In this document: piece after piece, positions 27,517-39,605 of the stretch
Numbering within the stretch: position 1 is the first letter of the stretch
Layout: each line of letters opens with the position of its first letter
Assembly (NCBI GenBank): GCA_963728915.1
Contig: CAVSLV010000004.1
Span: 320,001-384,000, forward strand
From: an uncultured Gemmatimonadales bacterium
Lineage (GTDB): Bacteria > Gemmatimonadota > Gemmatimonadetes > Gemmatimonadales > GWC2-71-9
Length of the DNA stretch: 64,000 nt
Direction of reading: 5' to 3'
Notes under the pieces: generated by a model
The model's database searches: none
Told to the model about the DNA's origin: nothing
The model's input: the letters and a program-made list of their open reading frames with translations, nothing else
Translations under genes and position numbers: made by a program

Positions 27517-29702
27517 ATGGCCGTCCGGATTTCCGCCATCAGCCTGTGGCTGTCCGCGATCGTCCTGCCCGGGGTCGTGCCCGAGCTTCCAGCCCAGGGA
27601 CGGGCCTTCACGCCGAACGACTGGTACCGTCTCACCACGGTGAGCGCGCCGGCGGTTTCGCCGGACGGGAAACAGATCGCCTTCGTGGTGACCACGGTGG
27701 CCACCGCGGAGAACAAACGGCACAGCGAGATCTGGACGGTGCCGTCCGCGGGCGGCGATCCGATGCGGCTCACCTCGCCGGGGACCGAGAGCTCGAATCC
27801 GCGCTGGTCGCCTGACGGGAAGCTTCTGTTGTTCAGCTCGACCCGGCCGGGCGGCAAGGGAAGGACCTGGGCCCTGCGGATGGATCAGCCGGGGGGAGAG
27901 GCGTTCGAGGTGGACAGCCTGCCGGACGGCTCCTCGTCCCGGGACGCCAGCGTCCTGGTGTGGTCGGAGCCGGATTCGGCGCGGGCGACGCGGGACACGA
28001 CCCAGCGGGACCCCTTCGCCCGGATGCAGCCGATGGCCCGGCCTCCCTTTGGCGCGATCACCCAGCCGGTGGATCCGGCGCGATTCGACGGGCGTCACAT
28101 CGTGGAGACTCCCTACGTGGCCAACGGCCCCGGTTTCCTCCCTAACCCGCGGGAGCCGCGCACCTACCGGCCGGCACAGATCTGGATCCGGCCGCTCGAT
28201 GGCGGGCCGAAGCGGGCCCTGACCAGCGGGAAATACTCCCACCAGAACGTGCGGGTCTCGCCGGACGGCCAGTGGATCGCCTTCACCGCGGACCCGGCGC
28301 TCCGTCCCGATTCGGTGGTGCGGGCCGAGCGGGATTCGCTGTCCCGGCTGCCCTATGATGCGAAGCGGGAGGAGGCGCCCCGAAACGACGCCGACATTTT
28401 CGTCATGCCGGCACCCGGTGGCGCGCCCCGGCGGCTCACCAGCGCCGACGGCAGCGAGGGCCGGCTCGCCTGGTCGCCCGACAGCAAGCGGATCGCCTTC
28501 ATCTCGTCCCCCACTCGAACCGGGTCCGACCGGATCTACCTCACCGACCTGGCCGGCGCCACGCCGGTGAACCTGCTGGGGGACTGGGTGTACGAGCCCG
28601 AAAACCTGACCTGGATGCAGGATGGGCGCATCGCGTTTTCCGCGGCGATCGGGGGAGCTCGGCGCTCTATCTCCTCGACCCCGCCACCCGGCAGCGCACC
28701 GAAGTGCTGAGCGGGCGGCGGCGCCTGTCCGGATTCGACTGGAACACGGGGAGCAACGTGGTGGCGTACGTCTCCACCAGCCTGACCCGGCCGACCGAGC
28801 TGTATGCCGCCGGGGCCGACGGCAAGGGGGAACGGCAGCTCACCCATTTCAACGACAAGCTCAACAGCGAGATCGCGTGGTCCGACGCCGAGCGCTTCAC
28901 CTTCAAGTCGGTCGGCGGCCTCGAGATCGAGAGCTGGCTCATGAAACCCTACGGGTACCAGGCCGGCAAGAAGTATCCCCTGGTGCTCTACATCCACGGC
29001 GGTCCGCACTCGGCGTATGGCGAGAACTGGTTCGACGAATTCCAGAATCTGGCGGGCGCGGGCATGTGGGTGCTCTTCACCAACCCCCGCGGGTCGAGTG
29101 GGTACGGCTCGGCCTTTACCTATGCCACGCGGGGCCGCTGGTTTGCCGAGGATTACCAGGATCTGATGCGGGCGGTGGACCTCGTCGCAAAGCGGCCCGA
29201 CGTCGATTCGACCCACATGGGCGTGAGCGGGGGCTCCTATGGCGGCGTGATGACGGCGTGGGTCACCGCGAAGACGACCCGGTTCAAGGCGGCCGAAGCG
29301 GACCGGATGATCGCCGAGTGGACCTACTGGTACGGCGCCTCGGATGCCCAGGGGCTCACCGAGTTCGAGTTCTTCGGGAAGCCGTGGGAGAACCAGGTCA
29401 TGTACGATTCCCTCTCGCCGATCCGGCGGGTGAATCGGGTGAAGACGCCGACCCTGGTCGTGCAATCCGAGGAAGACCACCGCACTCCGATGGGGAATGC
29501 GGAGATGTGGTTCATGGCGCTCAAGAAACAGGGGATTCCCGCCGAGTATGTGCGGTATCCCCGCTCGACCCATGATCTCTCCCGGACCGGGGAGCCGTGG
29601 CTCCTGGTCGACCGGCTGGGCCGGCTGCGGCAGTGGTTCGGGTACTGGCTTCAGGGGGAAGGCAGCGGGAATGGCAAGGTGGCGGCTGGGGGTACGAGGT
29701 GA
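27517..29702 (+). CDS. S9 family peptidase (frameshift near 28670)
   Basis: WSPDG propeller repeats in 27517..28710; IHGGPH, GGSYGG, DHRTP, HDLSR in 28704..29702. Confidence 0.88.
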
Positions 29703-29744
29703 GAGGGAAGAGGGGAAGAGGTGAGAAATGAACTGGAGATTCCT

Positions 29745-32700
29745 ATGCGGCGGCTAAGTGCAGTCATCCTGGTGATCGGGCTTGTCCCTTTCACCTTTTA
29801 CGTCTCACCTGTCACCGCTCAACAACGCGGCGCGTTCAACCGCGCGCCGGAACCGCCCCGGTTCCGTTTCATGGGGCCGGCGCAGGGAGGCCGGATCTCC
29901 GCCGTCGCGGGGGTCCCGGGTGACACGCTGACCTATTACTTCGGGGCCGCTTCCGGGGGCGTATGGAAGTCCACCGATGGCGGTGTCACCAGCACCGCGG
30001 TTTTCGACGCGCAACCGGTCCAGGCCATCGGGGCGCTCGCGGTGGCCCGATCGAATCCCCGGATCGTGTGGGCGGGAACCGGAGAAGCGTGGGCCATCCG
30101 GGATGCCGATGTGATGGGCGACGGGATCTACAAGTCCACCGACGCGGGGCGCACCTGGACCAACATGGGGCTTCGGGAGAGCGGCCGGATCGGCCGGATC
30201 CTGATCCATCCCACCAACCCGGATATCGTCTTCGCCTGCGTGCTGGGTCGCACCACCGGACCCCAGGAAGAGCGCGGAGTCTACCGGACCACCGACGGTG
30301 GCCAGCATTGGGATCGGGTGCTGTTCGTCGATCCCAATACCGGCTGTTCGGGCCTCAGCATGGATGCCAACGACCCCAATGTGCTCTTCGCGGGGACCTG
30401 GCAGGTGGTGATGTACACCTGGGCCATGTTCAGCGGCGGGGCCGGCAGCGGGATCTACGTCACCCGCGACGGCGGCACCACCTGGAGCCGGGTGGAGCAC
30501 GAGGGCCTTCCCAACTCTCCGGTCGGGAAGATCGATGTCGCGATCGCGCCCTCCAACTCGAGCCGGGTCTATGCCCTGATCCAGACCGCGAACCAGGGAT
30601 CGGTCTGGCGGTCCGACGACGGCGGGACCAGCTGGAAAGTGGTGAGCTGGGATCGCTCCCTGATCGGCCGGGCCGGGTATTACATCCGGATCGAGGTGAA
30701 CCCCAGGAACGCCGACGAGGTCCTGATCGCCAACAGCAGCTTCAAGCGCTCGACCGACGGCGGACTCACCTTCCCGATCACCGACCGGGGTTGCGGCGAC
30801 TGCCACGACATCTGGATCGATCCGGGGAATCCCAATCGCTGGGTCGAGACCGGCGACGGCGGGGCGGGGATCACCACCAATCATGCCCGCAGCTTCCTGA
30901 ATGTGAGCCTGCCCATCGGCCAGATGTATCACGTGGCGGTGGACAACCAGGTTCCCTACTGGATCTACAGCAACCGGCAGGACAACGGGACCATGCGGGG
31001 CCCGAGCACGGCGCCCGAAGCCGGGTCCAGCGCCCGGCCGGCGGCCGCGGCGCGACCCGACAGTGCGCGGGTCAGGCCCGACTCCGGCGCCGGCCGGGCC
31101 CGGAGCGATTCGACCCGGGCCGGAGCCGACTCGACCCGGGGCGGAGGGGAGGGTGGAGGAGGCGGTGGGTTCGGTGGTTTCGGGGGATTCGGCGGCTCGA
31201 CCTGGGACCACTTTCTGGGCGGCTGCGAATCGGGCTTCACCCTTCCCGATCCCAGCGACGCCGACCTCGTGTGGGCGACCTGCTACGGCAACAAGGTCAC
31301 CCGGTTCGATGCCAAGACCGGCGAAGCCCGCTCGGTGAGCCCATGGATGCACACCCTGGATTCGCCGCCTAACGCGCTCAAGTACCGCTGCCACTGGACC
31401 GCGCCGCTCGCGATCGATCCGTTCGACCCGAAGACGGTCTACTACGGCTGCCAGGTCGTCTTCAAGACCAGCAACGAAGGGCAGAGCTGGACCGTGCTCA
31501 GCCCGGATCTCTCGACCCGGGATTCCTCGCGCATCGTTTCGTCGGGCGGGATCATCGGCGACAACCTGGGACAGTTCTATGGTGAGGTGGTCTTCGCGAT
31601 CGCACCATCATCGGTGCAGCGCGGCCTGATCTGGGCCGGGACCAATGACGGGAAGGTCTGGTACACCGGCAATGGCGGGAAATCCTGGAACGACGTCACC
31701 GCGAACGTCGGGATGCCGGCGTGGGGAACGGTGCGGAAGATCGCGCCCTCGCCCTTCGACCCGCGCACGGCCTACATCGCGGTGGACTACCACCTGATGG
31801 ACAACCGCGAGCCGTTCATCTACAAGACCAGCGACCTGGGAAAGACCTGGAAGCGCATCAGCGGCACGCTGCCCACCGGTCACCCGCTCGATTACGTGAT
31901 GGCGGTCACCGAAAACCCCAATCGCCGGGGAATGCTCTTCGCAGGGACCGGCCGCGCGTTCTACTACACGCTCGACGACGGAGAACACTGGACCCAGTTC
32001 AAGGATGGGCTGCCCGCCGCGCCGGTCAGCTGGATCGAGGTGGCCAGGAACTGGCATGACGTGGTGGTCTCCACCTATGGGCGCGGGCTCTTCATCCTGC
32101 GGGACATCACGACCCTGGAGCAATCGGACCAGGCGGTCGCCGATGCCGATCTGCATCTCTACACGCCCCGGCCGGCCTACCGGGAGGCACGGAGCGGCAG
32201 TGTGGACGTCAATTATCTGCTCAAGGCCGCGGCCAAGGACTCGGTCACCCTGGAAGTCCTCGACGGCTCCGGCAAGGTGCTCCGCACCATGCGGGCACAG
32301 GGGAGAAACGGACTCAATCGCTTTACCTGGGATCTCCGCTACGATGGGCCGAAGCAGGTCGAGCTTCGGACCACGCCGCCCGACAACCCGCGGATCTGGG
32401 ACGAGGTGAGATTCAAGGACAAGACCACCCGCCCGATCACCCATTGGGGGATCCAGGGTCCGCAGCGGAATGGCCCGTTCGTGCTCCCGGGGACCTACGC
32501 GGTGCGGGTGACTGCGGCCGGGCAGACGGCGACGCGCCCGCTGGCGGTGCTTCGGGATCCCTCGATTCCCACCAACGACGCGGACATGGGGGCATCCACC
32601 ACGACCCAGCTCCGGATCCGCGACGACATCACAGTGACGGCGGACATCGTGAACCGGACCGAGGTCATGCGCAAGCAGATCGAGGACGCCCTGAAGACCG

Positions 32701-33059
32701 CGGAGAACGGGACGGGAGAGGCCCTGCGGGGGCTGGACCAGAAGCTGCTCGACGTCGAGCTGCGCCTGGTATCGCGCACCGAGCTTCACAGCGACGACAA
32801 GTGGTACGTCGAGCCGTACCGGGTGTACCTGAACCTGATCTGGCTCCAGGGAGAGGTGGGAAGCGGCGCGAGTGACGTCGCAGGCGGCGCCGAATTCCGT
32901 CCCACCGACGCCGAGCTGGTGACCCTGGCCGAGCAGGAAAAGGAGCTGGCGACCGCGAAGGCGATGTTCGACGAGCTGCTCCGGACGACCGTTCCCGAAT
33001 TCAACCGGCTGATGGCCGGGAAGGTGGCCCCGATCTCCGAAAAGAGCCCGACGCCATGA
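29745..33059 (+). CDS. VPS10/sortilin-like Asp-box beta-propeller protein (glycosyl hydrolase-like)
   Basis: Many S/TxDGGxxW Asp-box repeats; GPAQGGRI start; signal peptide. Confidence 0.85.
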   Translation: MRRLSAVILVIGLVPFTFYVSPVTAQQRGAFNRAPEPPRFRFMGPAQGGRISAVAGVPGDTLTYYFGAASGGVWKSTDGGVTSTAVFDAQPVQAIGALAVARSNPRIVWAGTGEAWAIRDADVMGDGIYKSTDAGRTWTNMGLRESGRIGRILIHPTNPDIVFACVLGRTTGPQEERGVYRTTDGGQHWDRVLFVDPNTGCSGLSMDANDPNVLFAGTWQVVMYTWAMFSGGAGSGIYVTRDGGTTWSRVEHEGLPNSPVGKIDVAIAPSNSSRVYALIQTANQGSVWRSDDGGTSWKVVSWDRSLIGRAGYYIRIEVNPRNADEVLIANSSFKRSTDGGLTFPITDRGCGDCHDIWIDPGNPNRWVETGDGGAGITTNHARSFLNVSLPIGQMYHVAVDNQVPYWIYSNRQDNGTMRGPSTAPEAGSSARPAAAARPDSARVRPDSGAGRARSDSTRAGADSTRGGGEGGGGGGFGGFGGFGGSTWDHFLGGCESGFTLPDPSDADLVWATCYGNKVTRFDAKTGEARSVSPWMHTLDSPPNALKYRCHWTAPLAIDPFDPKTVYYGCQVVFKTSNEGQSWTVLSPDLSTRDSSRIVSSGGIIGDNLGQFYGEVVFAIAPSSVQRGLIWAGTNDGKVWYTGNGGKSWNDVTANVGMPAWGTVRKIAPSPFDPRTAYIAVDYHLMDNREPFIYKTSDLGKTWKRISGTLPTGHPLDYVMAVTENPNRRGMLFAGTGRAFYYTLDDGEHWTQFKDGLPAAPVSWIEVARNWHDVVVSTYGRGLFILRDITTLEQSDQAVADADLHLYTPRPAYREARSGSVDVNYLLKAAAKDSVTLEVLDGSGKVLRTMRAQGRNGLNRFTWDLRYDGPKQVELRTTPPDNPRIWDEVRFKDKTTRPITHWGIQGPQRNGPFVLPGTYAVRVTAAGQTATRPLAVLRDPSIPTNDADMGASTTTQLRIRDDITVTADIVNRTEVMRKQIEDALKTAENGTGEALRGLDQKLLDVELRLVSRTELHSDDKWYVEPYRVYLNLIWLQGEVGSGASDVAGGAEFRPTDAELVTLAEQEKELATAKAMFDELLRTTVPEFNRLMAGKVAPISEKSPTP

Positions 33060-33455
33060 AAACACACTGGACCGTGCACCCACTACACCTGGGAGGAGAT
33101 GCCCCGCGAGCGGGTCACCGACCTTCTGGAGCGACGGCTCATTACCGGGGACCGGATGATGCTGGCGCACGTGTATCTCAAGAAGGATTGTGTGGTGCCG
33201 ATGCACAGCCACGAAAATGAGCAGCTCACCTACGTGCTGGAGGGTGGGCTGCGCTTCTGGATCGGGGAGGATGAATCGGTCACGGTGGATGTGCTCCCGG
33301 GCCAGGTCCTTGTGATCCCCAGTCAGGTTCCCCATAAGGCGCTCGCGCTGGCCGACACGCTCGATGTCGACGTGTTCTCGCCGCCCAGGCAGGACTGGCT
33401 CAATAAGACGGACGACTATCTGAGGCAGCCGGGCGGACAGGCGGACAGGCGGTAA
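33056..33455 (+). CDS. Cupin domain protein (probable 1-nt insertion just after the start)
   Basis: VPMHSHENEQ..IPSQVPH..DVFSPPRQDW; removing one A from atgaaaacac joins ATG 33056 to the ORF. Confidence 0.85.
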
Positions 33456-33456
33456 C

Positions 33457-34248
33457 ATGGATCTCGGACTACGGGGAAAGGTGGCGGTCATCGCCGCGGG
33501 CAGCAAAGGCCTGGGGAAGGCGGTGGCCGAGGAGCTCGCCGCGGAGGGAGTCCTGCTGGTGCTGTGCGCCCGAGGGGAGGATGCCTTGCGGGCCACCGCC
33601 GACGGGATCCGGAAGCGGTTCGGGGCCAAGGTGTACACCACGCAAGCTGACGTTGGAAAAGCCGGCGAGCCCGAGCGCGTGGTACTGGAAGCGACGGCCC
33701 AGTTCGGCAAAGTGGACATTCTTCTTACCAACAGCGGCGGCCCGCCGGCGGGGCCATTCGAGTCCCACACGGCGGAAGCGTGGGAGAACGCCTATCGCCT
33801 GGTTCTCGCGAGCGCAGTCGAGTTCTGCCGAGCCGCGCTTCCCGGCATGAAGGAGCGGGGGTGGGGAAGGATCCTCAACGTCACCTCGATCGCCGCCAAG
33901 CAGCCGGTCGACAATCTGATGTTGTCGAACAGCATCCGGGCCGGGGTGATCGGGTTCGCCCGGACCCTGGCGAACGAGGTGGCGTCCTCCGGGGTCACGG
34001 TGAACAACCTCATCCCGGGCTTTACCCGGACCGACCGGATGGTGGAGCTGGCGGAAGTCACCGCGAAGAAAGAAGGAATCCCGGTCGAAGAGGCTGAGCG
34101 GCGGTACACAGCCCAGATCCCGATGGGCCGGATGGCGGAACCCCGGGAGTTCGCCGCGCTCGCGGCGTTCCTTGCCTCGGAACGGGCGAGCTACATCACC
34201 GGGCAGTCGATCGCGGTGGACGGGGGGTGGATAAGAGGGTTGTTGTGA
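33457..34248 (+). CDS. SDR family oxidoreductase
   Basis: AAGSKGLG, NSGGPP, SNSIR, YITGQSIAVDGG. Confidence 0.92.
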   Translation: MDLGLRGKVAVIAAGSKGLGKAVAEELAAEGVLLVLCARGEDALRATADGIRKRFGAKVYTTQADVGKAGEPERVVLEATAQFGKVDILLTNSGGPPAGPFESHTAEAWENAYRLVLASAVEFCRAALPGMKERGWGRILNVTSIAAKQPVDNLMLSNSIRAGVIGFARTLANEVASSGVTVNNLIPGFTRTDRMVELAEVTAKKEGIPVEEAERRYTAQIPMGRMAEPREFAALAAFLASERASYITGQSIAVDGGWIRGLL

Positions 34249-34312
34249 GGGGTGAGGTGTGAGGGGTGAGGAGGTGTGAGCTCACAGCTCCTCACCCCTC
34301 ACCCCTCACTCA
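34246..34312. repeat. Inverted arrangement of GTGAGGG-type heptamer repeats between convergent genes
   Basis: 34259-34302 is a 44-bp palindrome with one mismatched pair, centred on gtgagctcac. Confidence 0.8.
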
Positions 34313-34330
34313 TGAAGTTCTCGAGCAGGC

Positions 34331-35776
34331 CTATCGCTTACTTCCCGTTACGATACGCTGGGCAACCCCACGAGCCAGCGCCACGTTGAGATTGGTCAGG
34401 GCGAGCTGGCGATCGCCGAGCAGCTCGTAGCTGATCATCCGGGCCGTTCCCATGTCGCCCTTGCGCTGGGCCGCCAAGGCCCGTGCGAATGGGCCACCCG
34501 CCTCGCTCGTGTTGGGATTGGCCAGGGCCTTCATCGCATCGTCACTACGACCTTCCGCGACGTAGACCAGGGCGTCCATCACCTGGAAGTTGGCGGTCTG
34601 AGATTCGTTGGTCGCCTGCCCGACGGCGGCCTGGACTGCCTGGTGGGCGCCGGCGTAGTCCCGCTTGGCGAGCGGCTCCAGCACCGCCGCCACCTGGGCC
34701 ACGTTCGGGTTTCCCCCGCGGGCGGCTGCCGCGTGAGAGGCGGCGGTCTTGCCGTCTCCCAACCACAGATCGGTCATTGCCATGACGTTTTGGAGACCGA
34801 GGGCTGCCGGGGTGGCCTCCAGAGCCAGAGTGAGCTCGCTCATGGCGGCTTTGGCGTTGCCGTCGATCAGGTAAGTGGCCGCGATCCGACGGTGACGTCC
34901 TGGATCCCCCGGCAGGGGAACTTCCTTCTCCGCTGCGGCGAGGGTAGCCCGGGCCAGGTCGGTCCTTCCCATGAGCACCTGGGCCTCGGCGATGCCATCG
35001 CGGGCGGCCTGGTAGGCGGGATCGAGCTCGATGGCCTTCTGGTAATGCATGATCGCCTCCACGAACCGCCCGTCCCATTGGAGCAGCTCGGCATAGCTGT
35101 CGTGGGAATTGGGGTGGTTGGGAAGCAGCCGCACGTACTCACGGACTTCGGTCATCGCTCCCTGGTGGTCGCCCATATTCCACAGATTGTAGGCCATGGT
35201 ATTGCGAACCGGAGCAAAATTGGGGAAGGCGTTCTTGACCTGGCGCATGGCGAGCTGGGCATTGACGAAATCCTGATTCGGGAGGCTGGTGGAGGCGAGC
35301 GCCCGCCGATAGGCCAGGGACGGCTCCCCCGGCATCTCCGAGGCAGCGGCCCGGAACAGATTGAACGCCGAAGTGCCCTGGCCGCGGAACATCTCGGCGT
35401 AGGCCATCGCCGTCAGCATTTCGTTGGGAGAGGTCTTGGCGGCGTCGGCCAGCCCGCGCTCGATCTCGCTGGCGCGCTCCGGAGAGTTCCCCCCGAAGGC
35501 AAGGCCGGCGTGCAGGATACGGGCGAGCCCGAACGACGGGTCCAACTGGACGGCCCGGGCGAAGTGGACCTGGGCCCCGGGGATGTTGACGTTGTCGAAG
35601 TCGGTCATGCCGGCGCGGAATTCGTCGGCGGCGTCCCCGGTGGCCTTGAGCTCGAGCTTCGCGGGCGGTGCGCTGGGGGCGGCTTGTGAATGGCTCGCAC
35701 TCACCCCGGCGACCGACAGGGCAAGCAGGGCGGTCAGGACGCGGGTAGCGCCGCGGTATCCGGAGCAGTTGTGCAT
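34331..35776 (-). CDS. Secreted tetratricopeptide repeat protein
   Basis: GGGAGG RBS before ATG 35776; signal peptide; TPR-like FARAVQLDP, YQKAIELDP. Confidence 0.8.
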   Translation of the reverse strand: MHNCSGYRGATRVLTALLALSVAGVSASHSQAAPSAPPAKLELKATGDAADEFRAGMTDFDNVNIPGAQVHFARAVQLDPSFGLARILHAGLAFGGNSPERASEIERGLADAAKTSPNEMLTAMAYAEMFRGQGTSAFNLFRAAASEMPGEPSLAYRRALASTSLPNQDFVNAQLAMRQVKNAFPNFAPVRNTMAYNLWNMGDHQGAMTEVREYVRLLPNHPNSHDSYAELLQWDGRFVEAIMHYQKAIELDPAYQAARDGIAEAQVLMGRTDLARATLAAAEKEVPLPGDPGRHRRIAATYLIDGNAKAAMSELTLALEATPAALGLQNVMAMTDLWLGDGKTAASHAAAARGGNPNVAQVAAVLEPLAKRDYAGAHQAVQAAVGQATNESQTANFQVMDALVYVAEGRSDDAMKALANPNTSEAGGPFARALAAQRKGDMGTARMISYELLGDRQLALTNLNVALARGVAQRIVTGSKR

Positions 35777-35973
35777 GGGCTTCCTCCCAGTGGGGGGACT
35801 GAAGGGACCAGAGGACGGCAGGGGGGCGATCGTTGACAAGGTACCGGTGGATTCAGGCGCTCGCAAGCACGGAGGCTTTTCCTAACGCGCTCTTCACACG
35901 ACGGGATGGAGTCGATTGGCTGGGGGGCCTAACACGGTGCCGGGACGGGCGGGTCGGCTCCGGCGGGTCGCCG

Positions 35974-36406
35974 TTACGCGGTCCCCGATCCCACCAGCGC
36001 CTCCAGCTCGGGCCGCCCGGCCAGGCCAACCTGCCGGCCGCTCTCGGTACCCTTCCGGAAGGCGATCAGGGTGGGGATGCCGCGAATGCCGAACCGCTCG
36101 GTGATCCCGGGGCTCCGGTCGGTATCGAGCTTGAGAAACAGGGCCTGACCCGCGCGGTCGTGGGCCAGCTCGTCCACGATGGGCGCGATCATCTTGCAGG
36201 GACCGCACCAGTCGGCGTAGAAATCCACCAGGACCGGCACCTCGGTGCCGCGCGAGCACCGCGTCGAGGTTCTCCCGGCTCACCTTGACGGGACGATCCA
36301 GCAGGAGGGGCCGCTTGCAGGACCCGCAGCGGGGGCCGTCGCTCAGCTTGGCGAGATCGACCCGGTTGAGCTGGCCGCAGAAAGGGCAGGGGACGGTGGC
36401 GTGCAT
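35974..36406 (-). CDS. trxC: Thioredoxin 2 with N-terminal zinc finger (frameshift near 36250)
   Basis: CPFC..NRV..CGSC in one frame; VDFYADWCGPCK in the next. Confidence 0.88.
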
Positions 36407-36440
36407 GGCGGAGAATAATCGGGGCGGTAGATTCGTCGGC

Positions 36441-37621
36441 ATGAAACGAACCTTGGGGTTGATGCTCCTCGTGCTGGCGCTGCCGGCCCGGAGCCCGGCT
36501 CAGAGCCTGACCTTCGCCCAACGCTGGAAGCCGGTGGCGGACGAGTTCCATGCCTTGCTGGGTCGGGAAGGGGTCGTCGGGGGGAGCCTCTGGTTCCTCC
36601 ACGGGCGATTCGGTAGTCGCGCGGGAGTTCCATGGCCTGGCCGATCGGGAAACCGGGCGGGCAAGGTCGACGCCAACACGATCTTCCACTGGGCGTCGAT
36701 CACCAAGACGATGACCGCGATCGCGATCATGCAGCTCCGAGATCGCGGCAGGCTTTCGCTCGACGATCCGATCGTGAAATACGTTCCCGAGCTGATGGCG
36801 GTGCATAACCCGTACGGCCCGATGGAGGCGATCACGATCCGGCACCTGCTGAGCCATTCCGCCGGATTCCGGAATCCGACCTGGCCCTGGGGCGGAGATC
36901 AGCCCTGGCATCCGTTCGAGCCGACCCAATGGGCCCAGCTCGTGGCCATGATGCCCTACACCGAGATCCTGTTTCCCCCGGGCTCGAAATACAGCTACTC
37001 CAATCCCGGGATCATGTTTCTGGGTCGCACCATCGAAAAGCTGAGCGGCGATGACTTCGAGGTCTACATCACCAAGAACATCCTGATGCCGCTCGGCATG
37101 ACCCACAGCTATTTCGACGTGTCGCCGTACCATCTGGTAAGCGAGCGCTCCAACAACTACGAGGTGCGTGACGGGAAAACGGTCGCGAACGGGCTCGATT
37201 TCGACACCGGGATCACGGTATCGAACGGGGGCTTGAATGCGCCGATCACCGATATGGCCAAGTACCTCGGCCTTCCTGCTGGGCAAGGGTCCCGGCGCGA
37301 GCGGCCCGGTGCCGGTTCTCAAGCGAAGCTCGCTGGAAGAGCTCTGGCAGCCGAGTGCTGCCCGGTCGGCGGATGCCGAGGCGATGGGCGACTCGATCGC
37401 GCTGAGCTTCTTCATCCGGCGGCAGGGTGCGGTCCGTCTGGTCGGACACACCGGAAGCCAGCGGGGATTCCGTGCCTTCTTCTATCTCCAACCCGGCGGG
37501 GAGCGAGGCGGTGATCGCGGCGTGGAACACCGCTCCCGCGGAGGAGCAGCCGGGCGCTCATCCCGATACCAGAGCGATTCGGGAGGTCCTGCTGCGTACC
37601 CTGACAGCCGTCTGGAGGTGA
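36441..37621 (+). CDS. Serine hydrolase, beta-lactamase class C-like (several frameshifts)
   Basis: ASITK (SxxK), LLSHSAG, YSYSN, GHTGS in an alternative frame. Confidence 0.85.
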
Positions 37622-37668
37622 CCGGGAACCGGCTAACCTGCAAACGGCTGACCGCTTACCTTTCCGTC

Positions 37669-38266
37669 ATGCGGGTCGATCTCAACGAGCTCCTCGGTCT
37701 CCCGGGCGATCGGCGGCGGTTTTTCCGCCAGAGCATCGGCCAGTGGGGCGAGGCGATGCTCGAGCAGGACCGAGCGACGGCTCGCTCCCGAGAAGCACAC
37801 CCGGCCGCCGGGCGCGCTGCCCGAAGTCGGCTTCCTTGCCGCCTGCACCCGCTGCGGCGCATGCGCGCCGGTCTGCCCTCCTCAGGCCATTCACTATCTG
37901 CCGGCGAGCGCGGGACTCGCGGCCGGAACCCCGTCGATCGATCCTGCTCGCCAGCCCTGCATCGCCTGCGAGGACATGCCCTGCGTTCGCGCCTGTCCCA
38001 CCGGCGCGCTGACCCTTCCGGCGCATGGATGGGAGGGATATCGCCTCGGCACGGTCGAGTTCATTCCGGAGCGCTGCGTCACCTTTCAGGGCACCGAATG
38101 CCGAGCCTGCGCGGATGCCTGCCCGATCGGGGAGCGCGCCCTGACGATGGACGAACAGGGTCATCCGGTGCTGCGGCGCGAGGGTTGTGTCGGATGCGGG
38201 GTCTGCGTCCGCGAATGCATTTCCTCTCCCACCTCATTCACGCTCACCATTGCGGAGGATCGATGA
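37669..38266 (+). CDS. NapF/MauM-like 4Fe-4S polyferredoxin (frameshifted)
   Basis: CTRCGACAPVCP, CVRACPTGAL, CRACADACP, CVGCGVCVREC. Confidence 0.8.
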
Positions 38267-38620
38267 AGGATGCGCCGGTGCCGTTCAAGGTCGAGAAGCC
38301 CTGGGGGCACGAGCTGATCTGGGCCCGAACCGATCGCTATGTCGGGAAGATCCTCCATGTGAAGGCCGGCCATGCGCTGAGCTGCCAGTACCACAACGTG
38401 AAGGACGAAACGCTGCACGTGCTCCAGGGAGAGCTTCTCCTCCGGCTCGGGCAGGGGGAAGGCCGCAAGGAAATCCGGTTCCATCCGGGAGAATCGATTC
38501 GCATTACTCCCGGAACCGATCCACGAGCTCGAGGCGATTTCCGACACCGATGTGCTGGAAGCGTCCACCCCGGAGCTCGACGACGTGGTCCGACTCACCG
38601 ACCGATACGGAAGGGCCTGA
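38263..38620 (+). CDS. Cupin domain protein, mannose-6-P isomerase type II-like (frameshift near 38520)
   Basis: VEKPWGHE..LSCQYH..KDET; C-terminal STPELDDVVRL.DRYGR in another frame. Confidence 0.8.
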
Positions 38621-38622
38621 TC

Positions 38623-39605
38623 GTGCAGGTCGTGATCCCTCTCGCGGGGAAGGGAACCCGGCTCCGGCCCCACACCCATCTGGTTCCCAAGCCGCTGCTC
38701 AAAGTCGCCGGCCGGCCGGTGATGGACTGGGTGATGGACACGCTGGCGCGCGATCCCGGTGAGCGAGCTGATCTTCATCACCGGGCACCTCAAGGAACAG
38801 GTGGAGGCCTACGCCTCCAACCGGTACGGGATTCCCGTGCCACTACATCGAGCAGAAGGTCCAGGACGGGACCGCGGGGGCGATCAACCTGGCCCGGCCG
38901 CTGGTGCGGGGGCCCATCCTGGTGGTGTTCGTGGATACGGTCTTCGAGGCCGATCTCACTCTGATCGACCGCGCTGACGCCGACGGGATCATCTGGGCCA
39001 AGGAGGTCGAGGACTACCAGCGGTTCGGCGTCGTGGTGACCGACAGCGCGGGGTACATGACCCGGATCGTCGAGAAGCCGAAAGAGCCGGTGAGCAAGCT
39101 GGCCAATATCGGCCTCTACTACATCCGGGACGTCGACGCGCTCTGGACCGGGATCGATCACGTGCTGCGAAGCCCCAAGAACCAGGGCGAGTACTTCCTG
39201 ACCGACGCCTTTCAGCACATGATCGACCACGGCCGCCGCATCCTCACCGCGGAGGTGGGAGGCTGGTACGATTGCGGCAAACTGGAGACCCTCCTCGAAA
39301 CCAACGAGATCCTGCTTGCGAAGGGCGCCGCCCGCCATGGCGCGTTCCCCGGCGTCAGCATCCGGGAGCCGGTGCTGATCGAGGACGGCGTCACCATCGA
39401 GCACTCGACGATCGGCCCCAACGTCACCATCGAGCGTGGCTCGGTGATCCGCGACAGCGAGCTCAGCCATGCGCTGGTCGGCAGGCAGTGCCAGGTGATC
39501 CGCAGCAGGCTCCAGTACAGCATGCTGGGCGACAACGTCGTGCTGCGGGATTTTCGGGGCGCGGCAAGCCTGGCCGACCACAGTGAGCTGACCGGCACGA
39601 CCTAG
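38623..39605 (+). CDS. Sugar-phosphate nucleotidyltransferase (frameshifted)
   Basis: PLAGKGTRLRP..PKPLL; IVEKP; WYDCG; C-terminal hexapeptide-like repeats. Confidence 0.88.

Noticed and set aside
37237..38964. 575-aa ORF in the track
   Set aside because: It is a chain of fragments from four frameshifted genes.
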